Below, piece by piece: positions 32,473 to 42,955 of a stretch of 64,000 nt of DNA. The notes under the pieces were generated by a model, which was given only the letters and a program-made list of their open reading frames with translations, was not told where the DNA came from and did no database searches. The stretch's first letter is position 1. Each line of letters begins with the position of its first letter. Source of the DNA: an uncultured Phycisphaerales bacterium (GTDB taxonomy: Bacteria; Planctomycetota; Phycisphaerae; Tepidisphaerales; Tepidisphaeraceae); NCBI GenBank assembly GCA_963758525.1, contig CAVWVQ010000003.1:832001-896000 (forward strand), in the 5' to 3' direction. The position numbers were made by a program, and so were the translations under genes.

Positions 32473-34005
32473 CTACCAATCATCCGATCGAAACGGTCCG
32501 GCGGGGAGATCGTCTTTGTTGTAGAGATTGGCGGATGAGCCGTTGCGCCAGGCGTAGCGAACGGCGATGGGATGCGGAACCTGGGCCGACGTCACGCGCA
32601 GCGTGTCGCCGTCGATCACGGCGCCAGCCGGATGGAATTGCCTGTCGTCGCCGGCAAGAGTGAACTCGTTCAGCTTGTCGCCCTTGGTTTTCAATCCATC
32701 GGCGCCGCGTTTGAAGTGCACGATGATCGCATTTCCATCAACGGTGGCGGAGCCGAAGATCGGGCCCTCGTACGGCACGTTCATTCCATACACTTTGGCC
32801 TCGGCGATCCACGCGAGCCGCTGGGCGACGGGCTGCTTCTTTTTCGGATGGACGTTCAAATCCTCGCCCACATCGATGGTGACGGCCATGCCGGTGTCGG
32901 GCAGCGATAGCGCTTCAGCCTGCACCCCGCGCATAAACGCCCAGGAGGTGCTGTTGGCCCCTTCAGAATTGTGATTCGGAAGCTGCACGAAAAGAAACGG
33001 CAAGTCGCCCTGCCCAAAATCGTGCCGCCACTGCTTGATCATCACGGGAAACCAACTGCGATATCGCGCATATTTGGACGCATCCTGCTCGCCCTGGTAC
33101 CAGACGATCCCTTTGTAAGCGAAATGCATGATCGGAAAGATCATGCCGTTGAACAGTCCGCCCGGCGCGTTGCGATCATTGGGCCCCGGCGGAGGCAGGG
33201 GCTTCTTCACCGTGAACGGCGTTCCCGCGGCTTTCGCGGCGGCGGCCTGCTTCTCCCAATCGGCCAGCTTCGCATCGTATGCCGCCTTGGCAGCGGGATA
33301 GCTTGCCATCTGCTTGTCCCAGTCCTTGAGCACAGTCGCGCAGACCGGATCGGCGGCAAGTGCATCCGTGCTGGTCCACGCATTGACGCCCGTGCCGCCC
33401 CATGAGCTGTTGACGATGCCGATGGGAACGTGAATCGCGTCCTGAAGATCGCGGGCAAAAAGGTAAGCGACGGCGGAAAACTGCGGCACCGTCTCGGGGG
33501 ATGCAACTTGCCAGCCGGCGACGGTCTGGGTCTGCGTCATCGGCGTGCCGGCGGTTACAAGCTTCATCCGCACCTGGCGAATCTGCGGTCGATGGGCCGA
33601 GGCAATCTCTGCTGCCGCGTTCTCAACCGCGTTCAGCTCGAATCCCATGTTCGATTGTCCCGAACAGAGCCACACATCGCCGACGAGCACATCGTTGACA
33701 ACAACCGTGTTCTTCCCCGTCACGGTCAGCGTGCCTGGGTCGCCCAGCGCAAGATTCTTCAGATCGCAACGCCAGTTCCCATGATCGTCTGCGATCGTGC
33801 CCACCTTTTGATCGCGGAACGAAACGGCGACGCCTTCGCCAGGATCGGCCGTACCCCAGACGGGATCGGCATCCTCCCGCTGCAGCACCATGTGATCGGC
33901 GAAGAGGCCGTTCAGTTGCACGTGAGCGGGGGCGACTGTGACATCAAAAAACGCTGAGAAAAAGACGACAGCGCCGGCCGAGGAAAGCAGACTTTGCAGT
34001 TTCAT
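32473..34005 (-). CDS. Sialate O-acetylesterase (SGNH) family, secreted
   Basis: DHMVLQR, GDVWLCSGQSNM, WYQGE, FVQLP, VHPKKK, VRYAW. Confidence 0.93.
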   Translation of the reverse strand: MKLQSLLSSAGAVVFFSAFFDVTVAPAHVQLNGLFADHMVLQREDADPVWGTADPGEGVAVSFRDQKVGTIADDHGNWRCDLKNLALGDPGTLTVTGKNTVVVNDVLVGDVWLCSGQSNMGFELNAVENAAAEIASAHRPQIRQVRMKLVTAGTPMTQTQTVAGWQVASPETVPQFSAVAYLFARDLQDAIHVPIGIVNSSWGGTGVNAWTSTDALAADPVCATVLKDWDKQMASYPAAKAAYDAKLADWEKQAAAAKAAGTPFTVKKPLPPPGPNDRNAPGGLFNGMIFPIMHFAYKGIVWYQGEQDASKYARYRSWFPVMIKQWRHDFGQGDLPFLFVQLPNHNSEGANSTSWAFMRGVQAEALSLPDTGMAVTIDVGEDLNVHPKKKQPVAQRLAWIAEAKVYGMNVPYEGPIFGSATVDGNAIIVHFKRGADGLKTKGDKLNEFTLAGDDRQFHPAGAVIDGDTLRVTSAQVPHPIAVRYAWRNGSSANLYNKDDLPAGPFRSDDW

Positions 34006-34207
34006 GAAGTGTTTAGTTTACCGTTGAGGGCGCATGCGTATCCAATGATGCTGCTCACATCATCACGGTTCCTGCGACGAAGCCGCGCTCTCACTCCCGA
34101 GTCGGAGCCGCTATCCGGAGCCACGGCGGCAGGGAGATCGACAAAAGCCAAATTCCGTGGCGATACCCAGTGTGGTATGTTGCCGGTGTCTTTGTGGCAG
34201 GCATCCG

Positions 34208-34432
34208 ATGGAGCACACCTTGATCGTCAGTGGGCGATATGCTGGACGGACGTTCATCCCGAACGAGCCGCTTCCCGACGCGGAGGGCGCGGCCGAACTG
34301 GTTATCACCCCAGCCCCATCAACGGCACGCCGCTCGGTCTCCGATGCCTTCGGCGCTGCCCCGGCGCTGCGGAGCGGGAATGACATCCTTGCGCAGCTAC
34401 GGGCTGAGCGCGACGAGTGGGGTGAGCGCTGA
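34208..34432 (+). CDS. Putative antitoxin of a VapBC-like pair
   Basis: 74-aa ORF ending ILAQLRAERDEWGER, overlapping a PIN-like N-terminus. Confidence 0.55.
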   Translation: MEHTLIVSGRYAGRTFIPNEPLPDAEGAAELVITPAPSTARRSVSDAFGAAPALRSGNDILAQLRAERDEWGER

Positions 34433-34509
34433 TCTACCTCGACGCGAACGTCGTGATCCGGGTGGTTGAAGATTGCTCCTATTTCAACTCGTTAATGCAG
34501 AAGCTATGA
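34429..34509 (+). pseudogene. Truncated PIN/VapC toxin N-terminus
   Basis: LIYLDANVVIRVVE, with a stop after 26 codons. Confidence 0.6.
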
Positions 34510-35329
34510 AGACCCCCATGGTTTTAAACCTTTTTCGAGGACTTTTCCTTCTTGGGAATCTAATTCTATCGTGCGACGTGGTACTGGCCAGAGATCCGGC
34601 CGACTACGTCAATCCTTTGATTGGGACCTCCAGCATGAATCCGACGAAGGAGGAAAGAGCCCGGCTCCCAAAGATGGACTCGAACTTCGATGGATTTCAC
34701 GGCAAACTCTTTCCCGGCGCCGCCATGATCCAGCTCGATGGCGGCAAGGATCTTTTCATTGCCAAGCTGCGCGACTTCTTCGAGCGCACGCCCGACTTCA
34801 GCTCCTGGAGCCCCTACAGCGGCATCCCGCATCCATACCACGCAAGAGGCCAGGAGCCGTGGTGGAACCCTTATAACAATCCGGTCAACGAACCGACTGA
34901 GCTGATCTCCCTCTTGTTCAATCGCGCCGTGCGCCGTGGCTGACGCAGAAATGGGTGCGCGAATCGATGAAGGTCTACCTCACCGGCCCCGAGGGCATGC
35001 CGGGCGACGACGATTGTGGCCAGATGTCCGCCTGGTACGTCCTCGCCGCCATTGGCCTGCACCAGATCTGCGCCGGCGATCCCCGCTTCGAGATTTTCAC
35101 GCCCATTTTCGACAAGGTCACGCTCCCGCTCGACCCGAAATACACGAACGGCGGCACCTTCACGATCACGACGAAGAACAACTCACCCCAAAACATCTAT
35201 ATCCAGTCCGCGACCTTCAACGGCAAGCCGTTCAACCGATGCTGGCTGAATTTTGCAGAAATTTCGGCAGGAGGAAACCTTGATCTTGTCTTGGGCCCGC
35301 AACCAAACAAAAGCTGGGGCGTACAATAA
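34506..35329 (+). pseudogene. Internally deleted GH92 alpha-mannosidase
   Basis: Signal + DYVNPLIGT...FPGAA joined directly to C-terminal YNNPVNEP, GDDDCGQMSAWYV, NIYIQSATFNG. Confidence 0.8.
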
Positions 35330-35334
35330 TATAA

Positions 35335-35600
35335 TCAACCACCAGCCGGCCAGTTGAGCTTCGCTTGAGATATGATTGAGGCCGACCAGAAGGGCCGGCA
35401 GACAGACCGCAGCGACGATGTTGATGCTGTTGCTGTTGAACGCCTCGCTGATGACCGCCGCGCCGCGTCCATGCCAGGCCAGGCGAAGCGCCGCGAGTGT
35501 GTTGGGCAGTCCGGTGAGCGTCGCCAACACCAGAGTGCCCACAATCAGATGCCGGATATGCCAGGCTGCCGCGAGATGACGCTCGACGCAGCGCTGAGCA
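35335..35600 (-). pseudogene. Na+/Ca2+ exchanger family fragment
   Basis: IVGTLVLATLTGLPN...AVISEAFNSNSINI alpha-repeat-like segment only. Confidence 0.6.
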
Positions 35601-35646
35601 GAAGCGCGCCGACAAAAATGACAACCGTGAACCAAACCATTCTCGC

Positions 35647-36351
35647 TCACATCTTTTCCTTGATGCCACTGCTCACGAGCCACCAGTTAATCGGATAGCT
35701 CGTCAAAAAGCCGAAGATCATGGCGAGCTGCATCATGAACCAGAAAACAGGGGTGGTCTTTGGAAGCTCTCGATGAAAGAGGCAGAACGCCGCTATCGCC
35801 ATCCAGCCATACATTCCCACCTGCCAGGCGAGCAGCGACAATGTATCCGCCTTCACCGCCGCCCAGAGCCCCCTGCCCGGTGAAAGGCCGCGCATTGGAA
35901 CGATGGTGAAATATTGAAAAGCGATTCCGAACACATAAGCGGCGATGAAATCGATGATCCACGCGTTGAACATCTTATTTTCGAACACCAACGATCCTAA
36001 TGCCGGGAAGAGAACCACTGACCATTCGGCGACAAGATCGCCGAGTGTGCATCCCGCTCCGCAGTGGGTCGTGGCAACGGCGACGATCTGTGGAAATGGC
36101 TTCTGTTTCCCCGGCGGCGGTTGATTCTGCCGCATCGCTGCCCTCGCCGTTTTTTTGGTCGACAGCCGCCCGATACGGTAGTAAGCCCAAAATGCCAGAG
36201 GCCCGGCGTAGAGCGCAGTCACGGGCCAGACGATGTTCATGATCCACATGTTTTGCCGATGCCCCGCCAACAGGTCGATCGCAATAATGATCGCACAGGT
36301 GAAGCCGGTTCCAAGACAAATCCACGCGAGATCAGTTAGCCAGTAGGACAT
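35647..36351 (-). CDS. DUF4396 domain membrane protein
   Basis: MWIMNIVWP, HCGAGCTLGD, FQYF, WQVGMYGWM, YPINWWL, GIKEKM. Confidence 0.88.
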   Translation of the reverse strand: MSYWLTDLAWICLGTGFTCAIIIAIDLLAGHRQNMWIMNIVWPVTALYAGPLAFWAYYRIGRLSTKKTARAAMRQNQPPPGKQKPFPQIVAVATTHCGAGCTLGDLVAEWSVVLFPALGSLVFENKMFNAWIIDFIAAYVFGIAFQYFTIVPMRGLSPGRGLWAAVKADTLSLLAWQVGMYGWMAIAAFCLFHRELPKTTPVFWFMMQLAMIFGFLTSYPINWWLVSSGIKEKM

Positions 36352-36379
36352 GGGAGAGCCGCGGGTCCGGCCATGGGTT

Positions 36380-36688
36380 TTAACGATCCTTCGATAAGGC
36401 CCGCATCGCCACGCGAGCTTCCGGTGCGATCAGCGGGATGCTTGAGAAAGTGGCAGCGGCAGCGATGACAGACCAGAAACACCATGCGCGGCCGATGCGT
36501 CCACCGCATCGGAATCCATCATCGGTATCGGCGGGTTGGGCAGGTGGAGGATCAGCCCGGTCTGATAGAGCGAGACCAACCCCCATCGCAGCCCCGGCGG
36601 CGAGCGAAACGCATATGACGCCGCGCCGACGACGCATCTCGTCGTCGGCGCTCTCACGAAGATATCGGCTCAGTTGGCGCGGCGTCAT
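36380..36688 (-). pseudogene. Internally deleted VKOR-family protein
   Basis: RRRRGV, LYQTGLILHLPNPP, DSDAVDAS, then abrupt jump to WCFWS (CxxC degraded). Confidence 0.55.
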
Positions 36689-36722
36689 TTTCGACACGAT
36701 TGCTGTCCGTTTGCAGTGAGGG

Positions 36723-37577
36723 CTACTTGGATTGCGGCGTCGGCCTTCCATATGCCGCCATTAACACGCGGTGCGCGTAATAGCGATAACCCTCATGCAC
36801 GTCCCCGGGCCACTGATCGGGGTGCTCGCCGATATCGGTCAGGGCCGTCAGCAGATTATCGTGCAACATCGGGCCCGTGACGTTGTTCGGCAGGTCGACT
36901 CGCCACTGATCCGGCAATTCATGCACGAGCGAAACCGTCATCGCAGGCAATCCGAACTCCGACGGGAAACGCACGAGTGCTGCATTGCGGCCATCGCTCA
37001 AATTCGACTGGCTCACGTCCTTGTTATCACCTTTGCCTTGATCGTCATGGACGACCTTGCTCGAGTCGCTGAACGGAGCCACGGGGAACTCTTTCACGGC
37101 TTGCGAGCTGTTGGCAACTTCCCCCTGCAATATTGACACGCTCTCTGGGAACACTTTCTCTTCTTTCTTGATCTCAAACTCCTGGCCGTATTTGCTCTTC
37201 CAGGCCTTCTGGATTTGAGTGATGCGGCCGTCGAGTTTTTTCGTATCGCGATCCTTGTAGTCGCCGATCCGGTTGCGATCCTGATCGACAAAGTTTCCGA
37301 CGAAGTTGTCGAAATGACTCGTTTGGGCCGCGTCCTCCGTCAAATTGGCCAGCTCCGATCGGATGTCAGCGGCCTCGTTCATGTCCGGCTTCATTTTAAA
37401 CCCGGCGGGAAACGCCAGGTCGGCGGTGTTTGTCCGGCCATTTTGCCCCTGATCAGCCTGATGTTGCTCGCTCGCGTTCGCGCTAGTCGCTCTGTCATCC
37501 GCCCGCACCGGCGCCGTGAACGCGATGCCGCTCAGCGCGGCCAATGTCAGCACACCTATTGTTCGCTGCTTACGCAT
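36723..37577 (-). CDS. Secreted hypothetical protein
   Basis: Signal peptide ending VRA; AAAGGAG RBS upstream. Confidence 0.75.
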   Translation of the reverse strand: MRKQRTIGVLTLAALSGIAFTAPVRADDRATSANASEQHQADQGQNGRTNTADLAFPAGFKMKPDMNEAADIRSELANLTEDAAQTSHFDNFVGNFVDQDRNRIGDYKDRDTKKLDGRITQIQKAWKSKYGQEFEIKKEEKVFPESVSILQGEVANSSQAVKEFPVAPFSDSSKVVHDDQGKGDNKDVSQSNLSDGRNAALVRFPSEFGLPAMTVSLVHELPDQWRVDLPNNVTGPMLHDNLLTALTDIGEHPDQWPGDVHEGYRYYAHRVLMAAYGRPTPQSK

Positions 37578-37749
37578 TTGAGACTCCTTTGAGTAATTCA
37601 CCACCGCGTCCGACGCTCCACAGCGTCAACCGGTTGATCCCATCGTCAGCAGCGCCCGAACCACGGAAGCTTGCGAAATTACTCAGAGGAGCCGAGTAAT
37701 TTTCTCGCGCAAAATAGGCGAGGATAAGCTTCGCAGCGCGCGTCCAACT

Positions 37750-38012
37750 CAACACCGGCTCTGGGGGCGTGCCCCCCGCCGCCGTTGCCGTCCTGGTCCA
37801 CGGGGAACCTGGGACTGACGGGTCTGATCGTGTCCGTGAACGACGCGGGTGGACCGGAAGAATGACGTCTTGTCCAGCACCTTCTCCTGGAAGTCTTCGA
37901 GGATCAGATAAATCACCGGCGTAATGATAGTGTGATGAACTGAGATACAGTTACTTCGCCGATGATTACTACGGGACGACGGCAGTCGGCGTCGTTGCCG
38001 ATGCCCAGGCCA
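37750..38012 (-). pseudogene. C-terminal remnant of an RND efflux permease (AcrB/MdtB-like)
   Basis: GLGIGNDADCRRP-VVIIG...VSQFITL / ITPVIYLILEDFQEKVLD across a frameshift; cut off at the 390-bp repeat. Confidence 0.65.
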
Positions 38013-38405
38013 GTCGGCTTTGGGAGATTCACAATCAAGGCGGATTGCCGTCTGCGGAATCTGTTAGAAACAGATTGAATGGACAGTCCATCATGGACGG
38101 CGGAGAGCGCCGTCGAGGATTCTCTGGGAAGTCGAGGAATGGTCCGCACGGCGGCTCGACGCTGTCATCGATTCGGAGCCCACGCTGGAGCCGCCGAGCG
38201 GACCCTGCGCCTCGAACAGACCGAATCGTTGCCAGAGGAGAAATCGGAGGTCAATCAATGTCGCACGGGGTCGAGCGAAAATGATACGTGACGCAATCAC
38301 AACAGATCGGCGGGGACAGCCGCGGGTTCAGCACCAAGGCGCACTGCGGTTGACGACGTGCGCAGACCATGGCCGAGCGCATCGGAATCAATGAGCGAAT
38401 GGCCA
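38013..38405. repeat. ~390-bp non-coding element, copy 1
   Basis: GTCGGCTTTGGGAGATTCACAATCAAGG...GGAATCAATGAGCGAATGGCCA, closely matching 49010-49402 and 49598-49993. Confidence 0.95.
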
Positions 38406-40055
38406 GTAGAGTAGAGAACTGACCGGCCCGATTGCCGATCAGTTCTCCCTCTTCGAACCGGACAGGCGGATTTCCCGCATCCGGCTCTCACGATATCGTT
38501 CTTCTCAAGCATTCACGGACCTCACCTGTTATCACAGGGGCTGTAACCCAAGCAGATGCAGATGAGCGTACCAACTCGTCTCGCCGGTGCCCCGGTAAGG
38601 TCGTTGGCTCCGACGTTTCAGGTGACGGATCAGTCGTGTCTGCACGAAGCTGTTGATCTGGCGGAACGCGTTGCGGGGATATCCTTTGCCAAAGTAGTTG
38701 CTCCAGCCAGCCAGGTGCTCGTTGATCTGATAGATCAACGCCGGGATGGGCAGGAAGCATCGCTCCGGTCCGGTCATTTCCCGCAGCTTATCCCGTTCAC
38801 GCTGCATCGCCTTCTTCGAGGGAAAGAGGTTCAGGTAGCGGTGGGCGCCGCCTTGGCGGTCGCGGTCGTACCGGAACGTATACCCCAGAAAATCCAGACG
38901 CTCGCCCGGCTGATTCAGCTTCGCCGTACGCGTCTTGTCGCGGTTGACCGTCAGTCCAAACCGCCCTTGCAGCGTCTGTTCCACGAACGACTCGATCTGC
39001 CTGTCAACATACCTTGCCAGAATCACAAAGTCGTCGGCATACCGCACCAATCGGGCGTTTGCCCAGCGGTACGGCCCGTCAGATCGGTGGAACAGCTTAT
39101 CGAACCAATGCAGATACAGGTTGGCCAGCAATGGGGAGATGACCCCGCCCTGCGGCGTCCCCTGTTTGCTCCGGCTGGCCTTGGGCGGGTCGCCGGGACC
39201 ATCGCCCCGTTCCACGATCACCGCTTTGAGCCACATCCGGATCAGCTTCAGCACGCTTCCATCCACGATGCGCTTCTGGACACATGCCATCAGCTTCTCG
39301 TGGGGGATCGTGTCGAAGTACGACTGCAAATCCGCGTCGTACACTTCCCGCCGCCCCTGCTGGAGGTTTTCCTTGATCTCCTCCAGCGCATCGTGGGCCG
39401 AACGACCGGGACGGAATCCGTACGAACAGTCCAGGAAGTCCGCCTCGAAGATCGGCTCCACGAGCAGCAGCACCGCCATTTGCACCACACGGTCTGTGAC
39501 CGTGGGGATGCCCAATGGGCGGAGCTTGCCGTTGGCCTTGGGAATGTACACACGCTTCACCGGCTGCGCGCGGTAGGTTCGGGTCTTGAGCGATTCTTGA
39601 ATTTCGCCCAGGAATCCCGTCACGCCGTGTTCGGTGTTTCGCACCTCGTCGATGCTCACACCGTCCACGCCAGGTGCGCCGTTGTTGGCGGCCACCTGTT
39701 CCCATGCCGCACGCAATACGTCTGGCCGGCAGACCGTTTCATACAACGTGTAGAAACGGAATCCCGGCTCCCGCTTGGCTTTGAGGTATAGCTTCTGTCG
39801 CAGAAGAAAGACTTTCCCCGGCAAACCCTTGCCGTTCACCTTGAAGTGCACGGGCAGGTCGTTCGGCTCTTCCGTCCTATTCCCAATCTCTCGGGACAAT
39901 CGGGCCTCTCTTCCTTTTACATCCGCTTGATATCGTCAGGACTCCTTGGCTCCACGGGCATTACGCCGTTTCATCGCGACTATGAGCCCATCCGACTCCT
40001 CGCATGACACGCCTGATGGTTATGTCTTCCCATCCAGCGTCCGCGGTTGCCCGCC
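38406..40055 (-). mobile_element. Group II intron, intact 3' end, 5'-truncated
   Basis: DV GAGCCGGATGCGGGAAATCCGCCTGTCCGGTTC, DVI hairpin and CTCTAC 3' end at 38406; only ~150 nt of intron-like sequence upstream of the ORF and no GUGYG start seen; 40055 is approximate. Confidence 0.88.
38532..39899 (-). CDS. ltrA: Group II intron reverse transcriptase/maturase (no endonuclease domain)
   Basis: [52 protein letters not shown], domain X GWSNYF. Confidence 0.96.
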   Translation of the reverse strand: MSREIGNRTEEPNDLPVHFKVNGKGLPGKVFLLRQKLYLKAKREPGFRFYTLYETVCRPDVLRAAWEQVAANNGAPGVDGVSIDEVRNTEHGVTGFLGEIQESLKTRTYRAQPVKRVYIPKANGKLRPLGIPTVTDRVVQMAVLLLVEPIFEADFLDCSYGFRPGRSAHDALEEIKENLQQGRREVYDADLQSYFDTIPHEKLMACVQKRIVDGSVLKLIRMWLKAVIVERGDGPGDPPKASRSKQGTPQGGVISPLLANLYLHWFDKLFHRSDGPYRWANARLVRYADDFVILARYVDRQIESFVEQTLQGRFGLTVNRDKTRTAKLNQPGERLDFLGYTFRYDRDRQGGAHRYLNLFPSKKAMQRERDKLREMTGPERCFLPIPALIYQINEHLAGWSNYFGKGYPRNAFRQINSFVQTRLIRHLKRRSQRPYRGTGETSWYAHLHLLGLQPL

Positions 40056-40224
40056 GAAATTGCGGCCTGATGCGGCCCTGAGCGGTCGGTCAACATTTAC
40101 TGCCAAACGCTCGCGGCCGCATTACAGTAACCCCCCCGTATAATGTCGGAAAACGTCGGAAAACGTCGGATGGATGGGTCAAAGTGGATAGTGAAACCAA
40201 TACGTTTTACTGCGACGCGTGTCT

Positions 40225-41052
40225 ATGATGGGCGAGCAACCGCCTCGACCCCGCAAAGCCGTGATGAAAACGATTAGTGAAATTCGGCTGCCGTTTGACA
40301 ATGCGGCCCGCGACGCCGCGCAGATTTTTGCGGTGGTGGCGACGGTTTTGATGGCGATGGTCAGGCCGGACACCTGGCGACGAACCGTTCGGCTGGCGCT
40401 GGCCCGGCAAATCTTCCAGTGCGGCGTGGAAGCGGTTGGCTTCACGTCGGTGATGGCCGCGATCGTCGGAGTGCTGGTCGTGGTGCAGGTGCAGTTGTGG
40501 CTTGTGCGCGTGGGGCAGACAGCACTGCTGGGGCCAGTGCTGGTGACCGTGGTGATTCGCGAGCTGGGCCCGCTGCTGGCGAACCTCGTTGTGCTGGCGC
40601 GCAGCGGGACTGCCATGGCGGCGGAATTGGGGAATATGCGCATTGCCGGCGAGGTGCGGGTGCTCGATTCGCAGGGGCTCGACCCGCTGTTGTTTCTTGT
40701 GCTGCCCCGGGCATTGGGTTTTACCATCAGCGTCTTTTGTCTGGCGATCATTTTCATTCTCTTCGCGCTGGCCAGCGGCTATTTGTTTGGCGCTTTGGCG
40801 GGTCTGAAGGTTGGAGCGGTGGGGGGATTTGTCGAGAGCATCGTGCGATCGATCGGTCCAGCGGACGTTTCCAATCTGATTGCCAAGACGTTGACGCCTG
40901 GTTTGTTCTCCGGGACCATCTGCTGCATTGAGGGCTTGCGGGCCGCCGAGAGTGTCATTGAGGTGCCGCGGGCGACCTCGCGGGCCGTGCAGCGATCGGG
41001 CTTGGCGGTCTTCCTCATCATTGCTGTGGTTTCGCTGGTTACTTACCTCTGA
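40225..41052 (+). CDS. mlaE: MlaE-family ABC permease
   Basis: RELGPLL, ARSGTAMAAELGNMR, GE...LDSQGLDP, VPRATSRAV. Confidence 0.88.
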   Translation: MMGEQPPRPRKAVMKTISEIRLPFDNAARDAAQIFAVVATVLMAMVRPDTWRRTVRLALARQIFQCGVEAVGFTSVMAAIVGVLVVVQVQLWLVRVGQTALLGPVLVTVVIRELGPLLANLVVLARSGTAMAAELGNMRIAGEVRVLDSQGLDPLLFLVLPRALGFTISVFCLAIIFILFALASGYLFGALAGLKVGAVGGFVESIVRSIGPADVSNLIAKTLTPGLFSGTICCIEGLRAAESVIEVPRATSRAVQRSGLAVFLIIAVVSLVTYL

Positions 41053-41055
41053 TTC

Positions 41056-41787
41056 ATGAATTCATCCCACGCGCCGAACAATGAGGTGCTTCGCCTGGAG
41101 AACGTGACCGTCGAAGCGGAGGAGACCTATGATTCGGCCATTTGGGACGTCAGTTTTTCACTGCGTGAAGCGGAGTTGATGTTGTTGCGGGTTGAGCGCG
41201 AGCGGGCGCACCTGCCGCTGGCGGATGCGGCCGTGGGGCTGATCAAGCCGCGCGAGGGACGGGTCAAATTTCGCTCTGAGGACTGGCAAGAGATTGCGCC
41301 TCGACGAGCGGATGATTTGCGGGGGAAGATCGGTCGCATCTTCACAGGCTGGGGATGGGTGAGTCATCTGAGCGTCGATGAGAATATTCTGCTCGCTACG
41401 GTTCATCACACCTCCAAGCCGCGCTCACGAATAGAGGACGAGTCGGCGACGCTGGCGCGGGCGTTCGGGCTGCCAGGACTTCCGCGTGGACTGCCGGGAA
41501 AAATGCGGAGGTCGGATCTGGCGCGGGCCGCCTGTGTTCGCGCGTTTCTCAACGATCCCCGGCTGCTTATCCTCGAGACGCCAACCGACGGGCCCAACTC
41601 TTCGCTGATGTCAGTGCTGGTGAACATGACGGCAGCGGCACGGCGCCGTGGCGCGGCGGTGCTGTGGACAACAGCGGAAGCGCGAGTGTGGTCGGATCCG
41701 GCCCTGCGGCCCACGGCGCGAGCGATCATGTCCGGATCACAAATGCTGGTCACCGCGATGGAGACAATTCATGGCTACAGCGTTTAA
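41056..41787 (+). CDS. MlaF-like ABC ATPase homologue with degenerate Walker A
   Basis: ABC-fold cues (VSFSL, GRVKF, LSVDENI, RAFLNDPRLLILETP) but no GxxGxGKS. Confidence 0.7.
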   Translation: MNSSHAPNNEVLRLENVTVEAEETYDSAIWDVSFSLREAELMLLRVERERAHLPLADAAVGLIKPREGRVKFRSEDWQEIAPRRADDLRGKIGRIFTGWGWVSHLSVDENILLATVHHTSKPRSRIEDESATLARAFGLPGLPRGLPGKMRRSDLARAACVRAFLNDPRLLILETPTDGPNSSLMSVLVNMTAAARRRGAAVLWTTAEARVWSDPALRPTARAIMSGSQMLVTAMETIHGYSV

Positions 41788-42849
41788 GTTTCGTCATGTC
41801 AGTCAGATCAGCGGGATATTCGTCATTGGCTCGATGCTGATCATCGTGCTCGCGGTGGTGGCGACGGCCAGGAGCCAGGGTTGGTTCAGGCCCATGTCGC
41901 AACTGACCATCGAGCTGCCCGAGGAAGGATCAGCCGGACTCAAACCCGGCGCGGATGTGATGGTGTTGGGAACCGCGGTTGGCGAGGTCAAAACGATTCG
42001 AGTGGAAAATGAGCGGATGTTTGCCGATCTGCGGATACGCAGTGATTTCATGAAGTTTCTGCGGATCGATTCAGCCGCTTCAATTCAACGAACGCTTGGC
42101 CTGGGAGATGCCTACGTGCAGATCTCCCGCGGAAAGTCCAACAAGAGACTCACCGAGGACGCAACCATCCCGGTCTCGGTCAATGTCGCGCCGCGCAAAT
42201 GGTGGAGGAAACGCTGGGGCAGGTTCGCGAAGAATTGATTCCCGCGGTGCACGAACTTCGGCTCGCGGCAGAAAAATACGAGCAGCTCGCGGTGTTGCTG
42301 AGCGATCCGCGCGGCAACCTCCAGCAGACGCTGGCACACGTGCAGAATATCAGTGAGCGGCTGGACAGCGGCAATGAAACCCTCGCAGGCCGGCTGCTCA
42401 ACGACCCCAAGCTCGGCGCCAGCATCGCCTCTGCCGTGCCGAGGCTCGGGACTCTGCTCGACCAGACGGATCTGATTCTGCGCGATCTGAAGAAAACGAC
42501 CGCATCCCTGCCCGACCTTGCCAGCTCAACAGATGAACAGATGAAGCGGATGCCGGAGCTGATTTCGCAAACGCAAGAATCGATCAAGCAGCTTCAGGCT
42601 GTTCTCCAGCGCGTCGATCGCGGCACCGAGCAGTTGCCGGCGCTGATCGGATCGATCAAGCAGACGACCGACGCTCTCCCTGGATTGGTGTTGCAGACGC
42701 AGGAATCTTTCCGGCAGTTTCAACGGCTGATGGAAGCGGCGCAGCGAAGCTGGCTGGTGGGCCGGGTGAATCCGGAACCGCAATCGGGTGGCGGACGCAT
42801 CGGCGAAGATGATTTTGCGCCGGAGCCGGCAAATGAAAGGTTTGTCTAA
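41771..42849 (+). CDS. mlaD: MlaD/MCE-family protein, frameshift near 42190
   Basis: N-terminal TM, GLKPGADVMVLGTAVGEV, LGDAYVQISRG; helical C-terminus in a second frame. Confidence 0.8.
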
Positions 42850-42955
42850 ACGAACGTGCGCGATTACACGCCCGTGCGAGAAGCAAGCTGCCCAGAGGGC
42901 AGCCGCTAAACGGTTTTTGGAAGCGCGTAATCGCGCAAGGTCATTTAGCTGCGGA

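Noticed and set aside
38532..39899. Retron or defence-associated RT
   Set aside because: No VTG retron motif or effector; maturase domain X and an intron 3' end are present.
40144..40170. GTCGGAAAAC short direct repeat as operator or iteron
   Set aside because: Only ~2.5 copies with no supporting context.
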